Shown: piece after piece, positions 37,632 to 48,034 of the stretch | Numbering within the stretch: position 1 is the first letter of the stretch | Layout of the letters: each line of letters starts with the position of its first letter | Assembly: GCA_963666835.2 (NCBI GenBank) | Contig: CAXXGO010000001.1 | Coordinates: 1,984,001-2,048,000 of the forward strand | Direction of reading: 5' to 3' | From: Phycisphaerae bacterium | GTDB lineage: Bacteria; Planctomycetota; Phycisphaerae; UBA1845 | DNA length: 64,000 nucleotides | The notes under the pieces: model-generated | Seen by the model: the letters and a program-made list of their open reading frames with translations, nothing else | Told to the model about the DNA's origin: nothing | The model's database searches: none | Made by a program: the position numbers and the translations under genes

Positions 37632-38741
37632 GTGCGCAGAACGGCTCAATACGCAGCAGTAGGTTCGGTGGGGCTGACGATTCTCGCGGGTTGCGTGGCT
37701 CCGCCGACGGTGGACGGAGCCGGTGATGACGGCGGGGACTACGTCGCTCGGAATCAGCCCGGGCTGCTCTACGTCTTGCAGCCGGAGGAGGTCTCCACGG
37801 ACGAACTGGTTGACGCCGCGTTCGGTTGGCTGGTTCTGGAACCGAGCCGCTCGGGTGATGCGGCCGGGGAGCTCACAGCGGCGGAGGTTGAGGCTCTGCG
37901 CACGACAGGACCGTGCGATGGTAAGACCGTGTTGGCGTACCTGAGCATCGGGGAGGCCGAGGGCTACCGCGATTACTGGGATCCTGCCTGGACGGAGGAG
38001 GGTGGCGAACCTGCCGCCGGGGCAGCCCCTTCCTGGCTCGGACCGGCGAATCCGGATTTCGGTGGTAACTACAAGGTCCGATACTGGGATTCTCAGTGGC
38101 AATCTACGATCCTGGGATCGCCGGACGGGATCACCGCGACGCCGCTCGATCGGATTATTGATGCCGGGTACGACGGGGTGTACCTCGATATCATTGATGC
38201 GTATGAGTTCTGGAGCAGTGCTGAAGGCGGAAACGAATTGACTCGCGCTGAGGCTCGCGAGGAGATGATCCGCTGGGTAGAGCGGATTGCGGAGTATGCC
38301 CGGACCGATCGCGGTGCTGCCGATTTTCTCGTCTTTCCGCAGAACGGCAGCGACATCATTCGCAACGACGCCGACGAGCTTGATACGCTCAGTGAATCGT
38401 ACTTCGATGCCATCGACGGCATCGGGATCGAGGACCTTTTCTACGACGAGACCGAGGCCCAGCTTCCGGAAGACACGGAGTATCGGCTCGAGCAGCTTGC
38501 GGAATACCGGGCTCGGGGCAAGACCGTACTCGTTACAGACTATGTACTGTCCGAGACCTGTGACCCGGACGACGACGGCGATCGAGTGGCGGATTTCTAC
38601 GAGAGAACCTTGGAGGCGGGATTCGTGCCTTATGCGGCTGTGGATGATCGCGATCTGGACGAGATTGTCGTTCTGTCGGGGACGGTCTGGCCGGTCAGCC
38701 AGCCACCCGTCGACTGCGTCGAATCGGCTCAGACCCGGTAA
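37632..38741 (+). CDS. GH114 / MJ1477-TM1410-type endo-alpha-1,4-polygalactosaminidase-like lipoprotein
   Basis: Lipobox LAGC; AYLSIGEAEGYRDYW, NYKVRYW, GYDGVYLD, PQNG, GIGIEDLFY. Confidence 0.88.
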   Translation: MRRTAQYAAVGSVGLTILAGCVAPPTVDGAGDDGGDYVARNQPGLLYVLQPEEVSTDELVDAAFGWLVLEPSRSGDAAGELTAAEVEALRTTGPCDGKTVLAYLSIGEAEGYRDYWDPAWTEEGGEPAAGAAPSWLGPANPDFGGNYKVRYWDSQWQSTILGSPDGITATPLDRIIDAGYDGVYLDIIDAYEFWSSAEGGNELTRAEAREEMIRWVERIAEYARTDRGAADFLVFPQNGSDIIRNDADELDTLSESYFDAIDGIGIEDLFYDETEAQLPEDTEYRLEQLAEYRARGKTVLVTDYVLSETCDPDDDGDRVADFYERTLEAGFVPYAAVDDRDLDEIVVLSGTVWPVSQPPVDCVESAQTR

Positions 38742-38872
38742 TCGTAGTTCTCCGTCCGACCTATAACCGTTGCTGGTCAATGGTTGTCAGGACCGCTACT
38801 ATTGGCGTGACGAGGGGGCTATCCCCGCGACCTGGCAGGTACGAACACCGGGCATTATGGAACGGGAGTGCC

Positions 38873-39529
38873 ATGTCCCTGGGACATCGACTACGGTTTC
38901 TGAAAGGCTACTTGGGCGACCCGACGACGGTGGGGGCGGTCGCACCGAGTTCACCCGGGCTGGCCGGCGCTCTGTGCGAGCCGTTTAGCCGGCGGACAAA
39001 GCCTGCGCGCGTTTTGGAAGTGGGTGCGGGAACCGGGCCGATCACCCGCCGGCTCGGCAAGCTGATCGGCGACAAGGATGAGTTGGACGTTTGCGAGATC
39101 CAACCGGAGTTCGCCGAGATCCTGGACCGAGAGGTTCTGGGCGGTCCCGATTTCGCCGCCGCGGTGGCGGAGGGTCGTGTCCGACTGCTGTGCTGCCCGG
39201 TGCAGGAGATAGCGGCCGAGGAGCCGTACGATTTCATCATCTCCGGTCTGCCGTTGACGGCTTTCGAACTCCCGGACGTGAAAGATGTCTTTGCGGCCTT
39301 CCGCCGATGTCTCAAGCCGGACGGAGTGCTAAGTTACTTTGAGTACGTCGGCCTGCGGCGGCTTTCGTGTTCTCTTGGTGTCGGGGAACGCCGGGCTCGG
39401 GTACGGTCGGTTTCCGCGTTCTTGACTGATCAGATTCGCCGTCACCAGTTCGACCGGCGGAACGTGCTGATTAATATCCCACCGGCCCACGCTCGCCACT
39501 TTCGGTTCACGGAATCTGCATCCGTGTGA
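38873..39529 (+). CDS. Phospholipid N-methyltransferase-like SAM-dependent methyltransferase
   Basis: VGAVAPSS, VLEVGAGTGPIT, IISGLP, FEY, NIPPA motifs of the rhizobial PmtA-type family. Confidence 0.85.
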   Translation: MSLGHRLRFLKGYLGDPTTVGAVAPSSPGLAGALCEPFSRRTKPARVLEVGAGTGPITRRLGKLIGDKDELDVCEIQPEFAEILDREVLGGPDFAAAVAEGRVRLLCCPVQEIAAEEPYDFIISGLPLTAFELPDVKDVFAAFRRCLKPDGVLSYFEYVGLRRLSCSLGVGERRARVRSVSAFLTDQIRRHQFDRRNVLINIPPAHARHFRFTESASV

Positions 39530-39722
39530 TTTCCTGAAGGGCATTGCCGTTTTGTGAAGTTTCCGTGTGTCCGCTTGAGCAACGCAGTCCTGTGGCTAAG
39601 GTCTGCGCCGGGGCTATACTGATACGCTCGCGGGCTCGGAAGGCGGCTGCGTTTGGCGGTTCGGGTCTTCGTTGATAGTCAGTCCCGCGGGTTCCGGGGA
39701 CAAACTGCGGGAGCTGATACTC

Positions 39723-40202
39723 TTGAGCGAAACACCCGACGTTATCATCTATACCGATGGAGCGTGCAGCGGGAACCCCGGGCCTGGGGGGTGGGCGGCT
39801 CTGCTGAAACACCCGGCCACCGAGACGATTAAGACCCTCAGCGGTGGCGAGCCCAACACGACCAACAACCGCATGGAGTTGATAGCCGTGATCCGTGGCT
39901 TCCAGGAACTGAAGTCCTCGAAACGCTGGCGCGTTCATGTGGTTAGTGATAGCACCTACGTCATCAACGGGTTGACCCAGTGGATTAGGGGCTGGATCGC
40001 TAACAACTGGCGGCGCGGTAAGAAGCCGGATTCACCGCCGGTCAAAAACGTCGACTTGTGGCAAGAGCTGCACGCTCTGGTCCAAAAGCACGATGCGACG
40101 TTTGAACACGTCCGGGGGCACTCGGGGCACCCGGAGAACGAAGAGTGTGATCGGCTGGCTACTGCTGCTATCAAACAGCTTCGCCAGTACGACAATAACT
40201 GA
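39723..40202 (+). CDS. rnhA: Ribonuclease HI
   Basis: YTDGACSGNPGPGG, TTNNRMEL, SDSTYV, VKNVDLW, HVRGHSGHPENEECDRLA. Confidence 0.97.
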   Translation: MSETPDVIIYTDGACSGNPGPGGWAALLKHPATETIKTLSGGEPNTTNNRMELIAVIRGFQELKSSKRWRVHVVSDSTYVINGLTQWIRGWIANNWRRGKKPDSPPVKNVDLWQELHALVQKHDATFEHVRGHSGHPENEECDRLATAAIKQLRQYDNN

Positions 40203-40218
40203 CACGAAAGGGACACCA

Positions 40219-41781
40219 GTGAGTGTGCGCAGATTGATCATTACCGGAGTGCTGGTTGCGGTCGTTGGGACCTCCGCAGTGGGCGCGGAGAGCCCGCAGC
40301 AGTGGTTTCGAGAGGGCAAGGCCGCGGTCAACACGGCCAAGCTGCTCAGCCCGATCAACCATAAGGCCAAGAATGTCATCCTGTTTATCGGCGACGGGAT
40401 GGGTGTTTCCACGGTGACGGCGTCGCGAATCCTCGAAGGTCAACAACGTGGAATGTCCGGCGAAGAGAATCGGCTCAGCTTCGAGACGTTTCCCTATACG
40501 GCGTTGATCAAGACGTATGAAACGAATCTCCAGACGCCGGACTCGGCCGGCACCATGACGGCCATGATGACGGGCGTGAAGACCCAGGCCGGGGTGCTTT
40601 CTGTGAGTCAGAATGCAAAGCACGGCGATTATGCCTCGGCCGAAGACACGCGGTTGACGACGATTCTGGAGCTGGCGGAGCGCGCCGGACTCTCGACGGG
40701 CGTGATCAGTACTACTCGAGTAACTCACGCGACCCCCGCGGCGTGCTATGCCCACTCGCCGCATCGTGATTGGGAGAATGACGCGCTGTTGTCTTCCGAA
40801 GCCAGGAAGGCCGGTTTCCCCGACATCGCTCGACAGCTTGTCGAGTTCTCGATTGGGGACGGACTCGAAGTCGCTCTCGGCGGTGGAAGGCTGCACTTCC
40901 TCCCCTCGTCCGCGGCGGACCCGGAGGACTCCGGTCGCACCGGGGGACGCTCGGATGGCCGCGATCTCACTGCGGAATGGCTTAAGAAGCCGAATGCAGC
41001 GTACGTGTGGAATAAGAAGCAGTTTGATGCGGTCGACGCGAGCAAGACGGATCACCTGCTCGGGTTGTTTGACGTATCGCACATGGAGTTCGAGCACGAT
41101 CGCGCCGGCGACAGCGGCGGCGAGCCCTCGCTCAGCGCGATGACCGCCAAAGCGATCGACGTCCTCGCCCGCAACGAGAAGGGCTTCTTCCTGATGGTCG
41201 AGGGGGGGCGAATCGACCACGCCCACCATTTTGGGAATGCCTACCGGGCGCTTACCGACACGATTGAGCTCGCCCGGGCGGTGTCGATCGCAACACAGAA
41301 GACCAGCCGCGAAGAGACGTTGATTGTGGTAACGGCCGATCACAGCCACGTCTTCACGATGGCCGGCTATCCGCGGCGGGGGAACCCGATTCTCGGTAAG
41401 GTCAACAGTGTCTCCAAACCGCAGAACCTGGATCAGGACTTCACGTTTGACGCTCTTGATCTTCCCTATACGACACTCGGCTACGCAAATGGACCGGGGT
41501 ACACCGGAGCAGCCGCCGGACAGCCAGAAGGCCCCAAGCAGTTCCTCAATCGTGGAACCGGCTATCGCGGAATCACGAAGGGACGTCCGGATCTCAGTGA
41601 CGTCGATACTGAGGATCCGGACTACCTGCAGGAGTCGACCGTTCCCATGGCGCAGGATACGCACGGCGGAGAGGACGTACCGCTGTACGCCGACGGCCCC
41701 ATGGCCCATCTGTTCCACGGGGTCCTCGAGCAGAACGTGATCTTCCACGTCATGGGCGAGGCGCTCGGTCTGGCTGAGTGA
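40219..41781 (+). CDS. phoA: Alkaline phosphatase (PhoA family)
   Basis: NVILFIGDGMG, PDSAGT, THATPA, VEGGRIDHAHH, TADHSH, THGGEDV; signal peptide. Confidence 0.93.
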   Translation: MSVRRLIITGVLVAVVGTSAVGAESPQQWFREGKAAVNTAKLLSPINHKAKNVILFIGDGMGVSTVTASRILEGQQRGMSGEENRLSFETFPYTALIKTYETNLQTPDSAGTMTAMMTGVKTQAGVLSVSQNAKHGDYASAEDTRLTTILELAERAGLSTGVISTTRVTHATPAACYAHSPHRDWENDALLSSEARKAGFPDIARQLVEFSIGDGLEVALGGGRLHFLPSSAADPEDSGRTGGRSDGRDLTAEWLKKPNAAYVWNKKQFDAVDASKTDHLLGLFDVSHMEFEHDRAGDSGGEPSLSAMTAKAIDVLARNEKGFFLMVEGGRIDHAHHFGNAYRALTDTIELARAVSIATQKTSREETLIVVTADHSHVFTMAGYPRRGNPILGKVNSVSKPQNLDQDFTFDALDLPYTTLGYANGPGYTGAAAGQPEGPKQFLNRGTGYRGITKGRPDLSDVDTEDPDYLQESTVPMAQDTHGGEDVPLYADGPMAHLFHGVLEQNVIFHVMGEALGLAE

Positions 41782-41793
41782 CGAGGTCGGCGT

Positions 41794-43503
41794 CTATGCC
41801 GTAACCACGCTTGCTGCCTGCTCCAGATGGAATTCGCGGATGGCCATCTCGCGGATCTTGAACTTCTGGATCTTGCCGGTGACGGTCATGGGATACTCGT
41901 CGACGACCATCCAGTACCGCGGGACCTTGAAGTGGGCGATCTTGCCCTTGCACATCGCCCGGAGTTCTTCCGGGGTCGGCGTGCCTTGGGCCTTGTCCTT
42001 GTGGATCTTGACGCAGGCGAGCAGCTCTTCACCAAACTTCTCGTCCGGTACGCCGACCACATGGGCGTCGGCGATGACGTCCAGGGTGTGGAGGAACTCC
42101 TCGATTTCGCGGGGGTAGAGGTTCTCACCGCCGCGGATGACCATCTCCTTGATGCGCCCCGTGATCTTGACGTAGCCCTCCTCGTCCATTGTCCCCAGGT
42201 CGCCGGAGTGGAGCCAGTCACGCTGGTCGATGGTCTCCGATGTCGCGTCCGGGTTGTTGTCGTACCCGGACATCACCTGATAGCCGCGGAAACAGAGCTC
42301 CCCCGGAGTTCCGCGGGGGACGGTGCGGCCGGTGTGGGCATCGACGACCTTAATCTCCTGGTGGGGCATTACGCGGCCAACCGTGCTGACTCGACGCTCG
42401 ATCGGGTCGTCGGGGCGGGTGATCGTGGTGACGGGAGATGCCTCGGTCTGCCCGTAGCCGATCAGCACCTCTTTCATGTGCATCTCGTCCACGACCCGGC
42501 GCATCAGTTCGATTGGACAGGGAGCCCCCGCCATGATTCCGGTACGCAGAGTCGACAAGTCGAACGATTTGAATTCCGGGTGGTCCAGCTCTGCGATGAA
42601 CATCGTGGGAACGCCGTGCAGGACGGTGCAGCGTTCGTCCTGGACCGCCTTCAAAGTCAGCATCGGATCGAACGCCGGCGACGGAATGATGATCGTCGAC
42701 CCGTGCGTAATTGCTCCCAGATTACTGATCACCATCCCAAAACAATGATAGAACGGTACAGGAACGCATACGCGGTCAGCGGGCGTCAGCCCCATGACCT
42801 CCCCGATGAAGTAAGCGTTGTTCAGGATGTTGTTGTGTGTCAGCATCACGCCTTTGGGAAATCCAGTGGTGCCGGACGTGTACTGGATGTTGATGATGTC
42901 GTCGATGTCGAACTCCGCCTCGCGGGCGGTTAGCGTGGCGTCGTCCATCTCATCGCCCAGCTCGGCGAACGAGCGGCGGGTGAACATCCCCGGGTGCTTC
43001 TCCCGGCCGATGAAGACCACGCTTTTGAGGTGGGGGAACCGCCAGGAGTCGATCGCCCCGGCCTGGCAGGTTTTCGCCTCGGGGCAGACCTCGTAGAACA
43101 TGTCCAGATAGTTCGAGCTCTTGAACGCCTCAATCAGCAGAAGAACCCGAGCCCGGGACTCCTTCAGCACATACTCCAGCTCGTGCGTTCGGTACGCCGG
43201 GTTGATGTTGACCAGAACCGCCCCGATCTTGGCGGTGGCAAATTGGGCTACGACCCACTCGTAGTTGTTGATCGACCAGATGGCCACCCGATCGCCCCGA
43301 GTGATTCCCAGGCGCAGGAAGGCCTTCGCCGCCCGGTTCACTACCTGGATGAACTCGCGGTACGTGAATCGCTGATTCCGCGCGAGGGAAACCAGGGCAT
43401 CGTTGTCGGGATTGGCGGCGGCGACCCGATCCAGGCATTGACCAATCGTCTCGCCGAGGAGCGGCGTTTCAGAACCACAATGAGCATAGCTAGGCCGAGG
43501 CAT
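41794..43503 (-). CDS. AMP-binding acyl-CoA synthetase
   Basis: [40 protein letters not shown]. Confidence 0.95.
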   Translation of the reverse strand: MPRPSYAHCGSETPLLGETIGQCLDRVAAANPDNDALVSLARNQRFTYREFIQVVNRAAKAFLRLGITRGDRVAIWSINNYEWVVAQFATAKIGAVLVNINPAYRTHELEYVLKESRARVLLLIEAFKSSNYLDMFYEVCPEAKTCQAGAIDSWRFPHLKSVVFIGREKHPGMFTRRSFAELGDEMDDATLTAREAEFDIDDIINIQYTSGTTGFPKGVMLTHNNILNNAYFIGEVMGLTPADRVCVPVPFYHCFGMVISNLGAITHGSTIIIPSPAFDPMLTLKAVQDERCTVLHGVPTMFIAELDHPEFKSFDLSTLRTGIMAGAPCPIELMRRVVDEMHMKEVLIGYGQTEASPVTTITRPDDPIERRVSTVGRVMPHQEIKVVDAHTGRTVPRGTPGELCFRGYQVMSGYDNNPDATSETIDQRDWLHSGDLGTMDEEGYVKITGRIKEMVIRGGENLYPREIEEFLHTLDVIADAHVVGVPDEKFGEELLACVKIHKDKAQGTPTPEELRAMCKGKIAHFKVPRYWMVVDEYPMTVTGKIQKFKIREMAIREFHLEQAASVVTA

Positions 43504-43910
43504 TGGGAATCTCCCAGTCTGGTATCCTTGTCATCTCGAACAACTACAGTACTCGGCCTCACAAGCATGCGCCGTACCAGACCGGGACCAGTCGCGAAAT
43601 GCCCCGCGAGAACACCCCGTGCGGCCTAACCGGCAAGCAGCGCGCCCTGGGATGGGTCGCCCCGTGCGGGCTCCAGGGTGAGCGGTTCCCTGTGGCGCCA
43701 GGGCTGGGCCGGGCGCAGAGCCGGGGAGGGGGACCGGCGCTGCGGCACCTCCCGCATACAGCACCGAGAAACGCCTTCGGCGAGCGGTCTGTACCGTCTT
43801 CCTGTAGACTGTTAGACTAATGTCGCGCGACTGCCTCGGGCGGGCGGCGGAGTCGGCTTTCGGGGCCGGCGCGCGAGTCCTATCAGATATGAAGAAAGGG
43901 AAGGATCCTG

Positions 43911-44114
43911 ATGACCAAACGAATGACGAACTTGGCCGTGGCGGCGGCGGCTTTGACTTTGATCGCCGGATGTAGTCTGTTCAACGGGTATTTCAATGCC
44001 GATTCGAGCAAGGGCTCGCAGGCGAGCTCCCAGCAGGAGTACTATGTTCGGGTTTGGATGGACAACCACGAGTGCGAGCGCGGGGCCTCGTTTTGTGAGA
44101 TATCCTCGCGGTGA
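43911..44114 (+). CDS. Small lipoprotein, possibly the 5' part of a frameshifted gene
   Basis: AAGGA RBS; lipobox IAGC; stop overlaps the next GTG (GTGA). Confidence 0.6.
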   Translation: MTKRMTNLAVAAAALTLIAGCSLFNGYFNADSSKGSQASSQQEYYVRVWMDNHECERGASFCEISSR

Positions 44115-44449
44115 GCACCCGCCCGAAGGTCAAATACGAGATCACCGAGGCGGACAAGATGGGACGGCTCAATTCGGTCATTATCAACATCTTCCGAGAG
44201 TTCGATGGTGGGTGGGCCAGCAAGGCTGATTTCATCGTCACGGCGAAGAATGCGAGCGATCCCGAAGGCCAGATGAAGACGGGCAAGGTCTACAGCCTGG
44301 GAGCGAAGTCGGACGCACTCAACTTCATGGACGGAAACGGTAACGTCCTGGACGAGATCAAACTCGAGCCGGGCATGAAGTACCTGATGAACTTCGTGGT
44401 CAGCGCCGACCGTAGCGAGAGCGTAGGGGTCGTCTTCAACGCACGCTGA
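44111..44449 (+). CDS. Hypothetical protein, possibly the 3' part of the preceding lipoprotein
   Basis: Strong GC3-biased codon usage; beta-rich sequence; no own RBS or signal peptide. Confidence 0.6.
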   Translation: MSTRPKVKYEITEADKMGRLNSVIINIFREFDGGWASKADFIVTAKNASDPEGQMKTGKVYSLGAKSDALNFMDGNGNVLDEIKLEPGMKYLMNFVVSADRSESVGVVFNAR

Positions 44450-44591
44450 TCCGTCTTATTCGATCAGCTTACTGCAAGTCGCTGCGCTGCCGCAGCAGCC
44501 TCATCGCGCCACGTGAGCCGAGCCCTCAGGGTGCGTTAACGATTGGGGTGCGCGATGAGCGGGGACGGGTCCATTGCTCTGAGGTACTGCC

Positions 44592-45365
44592 ATGAAGGAA
44601 TACGACGCGGTTGGAGCACCGGCCTACGATTCGTACGCGCAGGGCGTGGAGGGCGATGTCGGTTTCTACGTGGATTGGGCTCGCAGAGTCGATGGCGATG
44701 TCCTGGAGCTAGGCTGTGGGACCGGACGGGTTCTGGTCCCCACGGCCGAGGCCGGGGCGAGGATCGTGGGCCTGGACTGTGCGCCCGCCATGCTCGACGT
44801 GGCCCGCAAGCGGCTTAGCCAGTGTCCCGATGCGGTGGGTAAGCGCGTAGAACTGGTCGAGGGCGATATGCGCGGCTTCTCCCTCGGGCGCAAGTTCGAC
44901 TTGATCACAATACCGTTCCGCTCGTTCCTGCATCTGCTCACAACAGAAGAACAGCAGGCGGCTCTGCGATGTGTACGTGACCATCTGGCGGATGACGGGA
45001 AGTTCGTGTTCAACGTATTCGACCCGAATCTGGAGCTGATCGTCGGCAGCGCCGGCGGAAAAGTCGCCCGGCAGACGGAGTTCAACGACCCGGCGAACGG
45101 CCACCGGGTGATCATGTCGGTCAGCCGCCGCTACGATCTCGCCGAGCAGACCATCGACGAGTATTTCATCTTCGAAGAGCTGGACGACGATGGGCGGATG
45201 GTCTCCAAACGGTACAGCCACATGACGCTTCGGTACGTCTTCCGCTACGAAATGCAGCACCTTCTCGAACTAAGCGGTTTCTCCATCGAGGCTCTGCACG
45301 GCGGTTTTCGCGGCGAGCCCTTTACCCACGGGGGCGAGCAGGTCTGGATAACACGCCAGGCGTGA
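44592..45365 (+). CDS. Class I SAM-dependent methyltransferase
   Basis: VLELGCGTGRV, GLD, GDMR, PFRSFLHL. Confidence 0.92.
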   Translation: MKEYDAVGAPAYDSYAQGVEGDVGFYVDWARRVDGDVLELGCGTGRVLVPTAEAGARIVGLDCAPAMLDVARKRLSQCPDAVGKRVELVEGDMRGFSLGRKFDLITIPFRSFLHLLTTEEQQAALRCVRDHLADDGKFVFNVFDPNLELIVGSAGGKVARQTEFNDPANGHRVIMSVSRRYDLAEQTIDEYFIFEELDDDGRMVSKRYSHMTLRYVFRYEMQHLLELSGFSIEALHGGFRGEPFTHGGEQVWITRQA

Positions 45366-45459
45366 AAGCGCCGTCCCTCGGCCGCCGGATTAACAACCGA
45401 CCGGTTCTGCCGTCTGAGAGAAGTAGTTGGGGAACTCAGGCGAGCAAAGGGTTGGTGCT

Positions 45460-47994
45460 ATGCGAGAGTCAGATACCGCGTTTTCGTTCTTGGGGGTATT
45501 GGTTGTTGGGGTAGTCGGGTGGGTAGCGTTTCTCGGTGCTTCGATCCGCGCCGACTCGGCTGGTTGGCGGTATGACTGTCCGGATTCTGCGGACACCATG
45601 CTGCGGCTGGCTCGATCGGATGACGGTCTGAGTTTTAAGGACTCCGGGGAAGTGTTCGCGGTCGGAGCCGCGGCTCCCGATCTGTTTCGTCTGCCGGATG
45701 GGGGGCTGATCGCCCTGTTTGACCGATCCGTCGGCGAAGAGGGCGCCACCGCAATCGTTATGGCGGTCTCGGCTGATCACGGCCGGACCTGGTCGCCGTT
45801 GCACGCTGTAACTCTGCTCGATAAGCACGACCGGACGATTCCGGCGCGGCATGGGGACCTGGAACGAATGCCCGACGGCAGTCTGCGGCTTTTTTTCGCC
45901 ATGCCGCTACGGCTTGGTGGTGAATCCGAGAAGCTGACGGTCATTCGGTCGGCGGTCACGGGCGATGGTCTGACGTACCGGCTTGATCACTCAGGGAGTG
46001 TCAGGCTTCGGGCTTCGGGTGATTTACATCCGACGGTTGGAAGAGTCGGCGGCGCAGTTCACCTTTACGCCGATGATACGACGGGGCTGAACACCGGAGG
46101 GCGGTTCGATGGAACGGCGGCTCGGCATGTAGTGTCACTCGATGGGCATCAGTTTGCGCGACAGGCTCCGGTGCGAGTGCCACGGGCGACATTCGTTGGG
46201 AGCGTCGTACGCGAACGGGAAACGGTCCGTGCTTATGTCACGAGCGATCGCGGCGTGACATCTCTGACTACGAAAGACGGGCGCGACTGGCGGCCCGAAC
46301 CGGGGGTGCGAATGTCCGATGGATGGGATCCGGCCGTGGTTCGGCTGGAGGACGGCTCGTACCTAATGCTGTACTGTACCGTCGCCCCGAAAGAAGAGAT
46401 TATGATGACGCCGCTGGTGCCCGACGAGTGGGTGCGTCCCGGCGAGCCGGTCCCGGGGTTGGCGAATGCCGACCGGGCCGGCTACGCGGTGTCCACAGAC
46501 GCCGGGGATAGTGGTTCGGTATCCTCGCACGCCGCCGGAGCAGGTTACGGTGCCGGGGAGACGATGCCCGGAACGGATGATGACCGATCTGAGGACCGGA
46601 TCGTTGGTGGCAAGGAAGACGCGAAGGTCTGGGACGACTCGCACCGTGAGTTAGTGGAGGACCACGCGCTGGGTTTCGCTCCACCTCCGAACTTCACAGA
46701 GAGGGTAGACTACATTCGGTGGTACCAGGAGTACATGCTTACTTATCCAATGGACAATGCGTATTACGTTTACGCTAAGTTCATGCCGGGACCGGGAAGC
46801 GATGGGGGCAACGAATACGTGTGGCCCGAACTTACAAACATGTTCACGAATCGCGATAGCAGGTTAGCGCCGGGGCCGTGGCGTCCGGAAGATCATCCGA
46901 GTTGGGAAGCTTCGAATCTCGCCGCGGAGGATCTGCTGGAGAGGTTTCGCGAAGCGACTACCCATACCGGGTACTGCACTCCTGTCGTTCTGGGGGCGGA
47001 CGGCCCGCCGCCGGAGGACGAATTGCTGGCCAATATCATGTTACCGCAGTTGAGCCGGCATCGGGCGGCGGCGCGCGCCACACTGGCAGATGCGTGGCGG
47101 GTGCGGGGTGACAGTGTGTCGTCAACGCGCATGCTCGATGCCCTGGAGACCTGTCTTCGCGGTGCCGACCATCTGGACCAGGGCGCCACCCTCATTGAGG
47201 ACTTGGTCGCAATGGCCGAACGGAGCGAAGTGCAAAGGAGTGCCCGCTGGGCGTTGGCGCGCGGCGTATTCTCCGGTGACGAGCTGGAGCCGGTCATGGA
47301 TACTCTGCGGACTCTCGACCAGGATCGCGACGAGAATCCCCTTCGTTACATCCGTGGTGACCACGCCGTCGCGATGGATCTTGTGCAGAGCCTTTTCTCC
47401 CATCCTGACCCGAACGACGAGCGCGGGCGTCTCGGGGGGGCTCGGGAACTGTTCGACGAAGAGTCCGCGCGGAGATTAGAGGAGAACCTGGCGGGGCTCG
47501 GGCCGGAGGATGCCGGACCGACCATCGATGCCATCGAGGCCTTCAGCCGCACCGCGGCCGAACTGATGAGCGTTGGATATCCGGAGGTTCGCGCCGCCGA
47601 TGTGCGCGAGGCGACGAGCGAGCACTGCTGGGCCACGCCCATTGTGGCGGAGTTGATCCCGAGTTTGAGCAGCTACTATCAGCGCGGCGCGCGGGAGGAA
47701 GCATCGCGCCGAGCCACTCAAGTTGCGTACGCCGCCCATATTCACAGGGCGGAGACGGGACGTTGGCCCGAGTCGTTGGACGAACTGAGCGGCGAGTACG
47801 GTGTGCGGATGTGCGAGGATCCTTTCTCGGGGCGACAGTTCGGCTACCGTGTCACCGCCGACGGTCCGCTCCTGTACAGCGCTGGAGAGAACGGGCTGGA
47901 TGACGGCGGCGTTCACAATCCCCGTTGGGGCGACGCCGCCGAGGACCTCGGCAGCTCCGACGATTATGTATTCTGGCCTCCCCAGCCGCAGTAG
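45460..47994 (+). CDS. Asp-box (sialidase-like) beta-propeller fused to a helical domain with a GspG-like tail
   Basis: Asp-boxes SDDGLSF, SADHGRTW, TGDGLTY, SLDGHQF, TKDGRDW; tail WPESLDEL..DPFSG..FGY..LYSAGENGLDDGG. Confidence 0.75.
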   Translation: MRESDTAFSFLGVLVVGVVGWVAFLGASIRADSAGWRYDCPDSADTMLRLARSDDGLSFKDSGEVFAVGAAAPDLFRLPDGGLIALFDRSVGEEGATAIVMAVSADHGRTWSPLHAVTLLDKHDRTIPARHGDLERMPDGSLRLFFAMPLRLGGESEKLTVIRSAVTGDGLTYRLDHSGSVRLRASGDLHPTVGRVGGAVHLYADDTTGLNTGGRFDGTAARHVVSLDGHQFARQAPVRVPRATFVGSVVRERETVRAYVTSDRGVTSLTTKDGRDWRPEPGVRMSDGWDPAVVRLEDGSYLMLYCTVAPKEEIMMTPLVPDEWVRPGEPVPGLANADRAGYAVSTDAGDSGSVSSHAAGAGYGAGETMPGTDDDRSEDRIVGGKEDAKVWDDSHRELVEDHALGFAPPPNFTERVDYIRWYQEYMLTYPMDNAYYVYAKFMPGPGSDGGNEYVWPELTNMFTNRDSRLAPGPWRPEDHPSWEASNLAAEDLLERFREATTHTGYCTPVVLGADGPPPEDELLANIMLPQLSRHRAAARATLADAWRVRGDSVSSTRMLDALETCLRGADHLDQGATLIEDLVAMAERSEVQRSARWALARGVFSGDELEPVMDTLRTLDQDRDENPLRYIRGDHAVAMDLVQSLFSHPDPNDERGRLGGARELFDEESARRLEENLAGLGPEDAGPTIDAIEAFSRTAAELMSVGYPEVRAADVREATSEHCWATPIVAELIPSLSSYYQRGAREEASRRATQVAYAAHIHRAETGRWPESLDELSGEYGVRMCEDPFSGRQFGYRVTADGPLLYSAGENGLDDGGVHNPRWGDAAEDLGSSDDYVFWPPQPQ

Positions 47995-48034
47995 CCACCC
48001 GTTATGAGCGGCGCCGACGAGGCGACACAGCCAG

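Noticed and set aside
30001..43629. Long antisense ORFs (e.g. 30001-31434, 32429-33646, 37614-38780, 40171-41748, 41827-42933)
   Set aside because: Shadow ORFs opposite well-supported genes, expected from high-GC codon bias.
44112..44114. TGA read-through as selenocysteine
   Set aside because: The in-frame continuation is not protein-like; the coding signal continues in the -1 frame.
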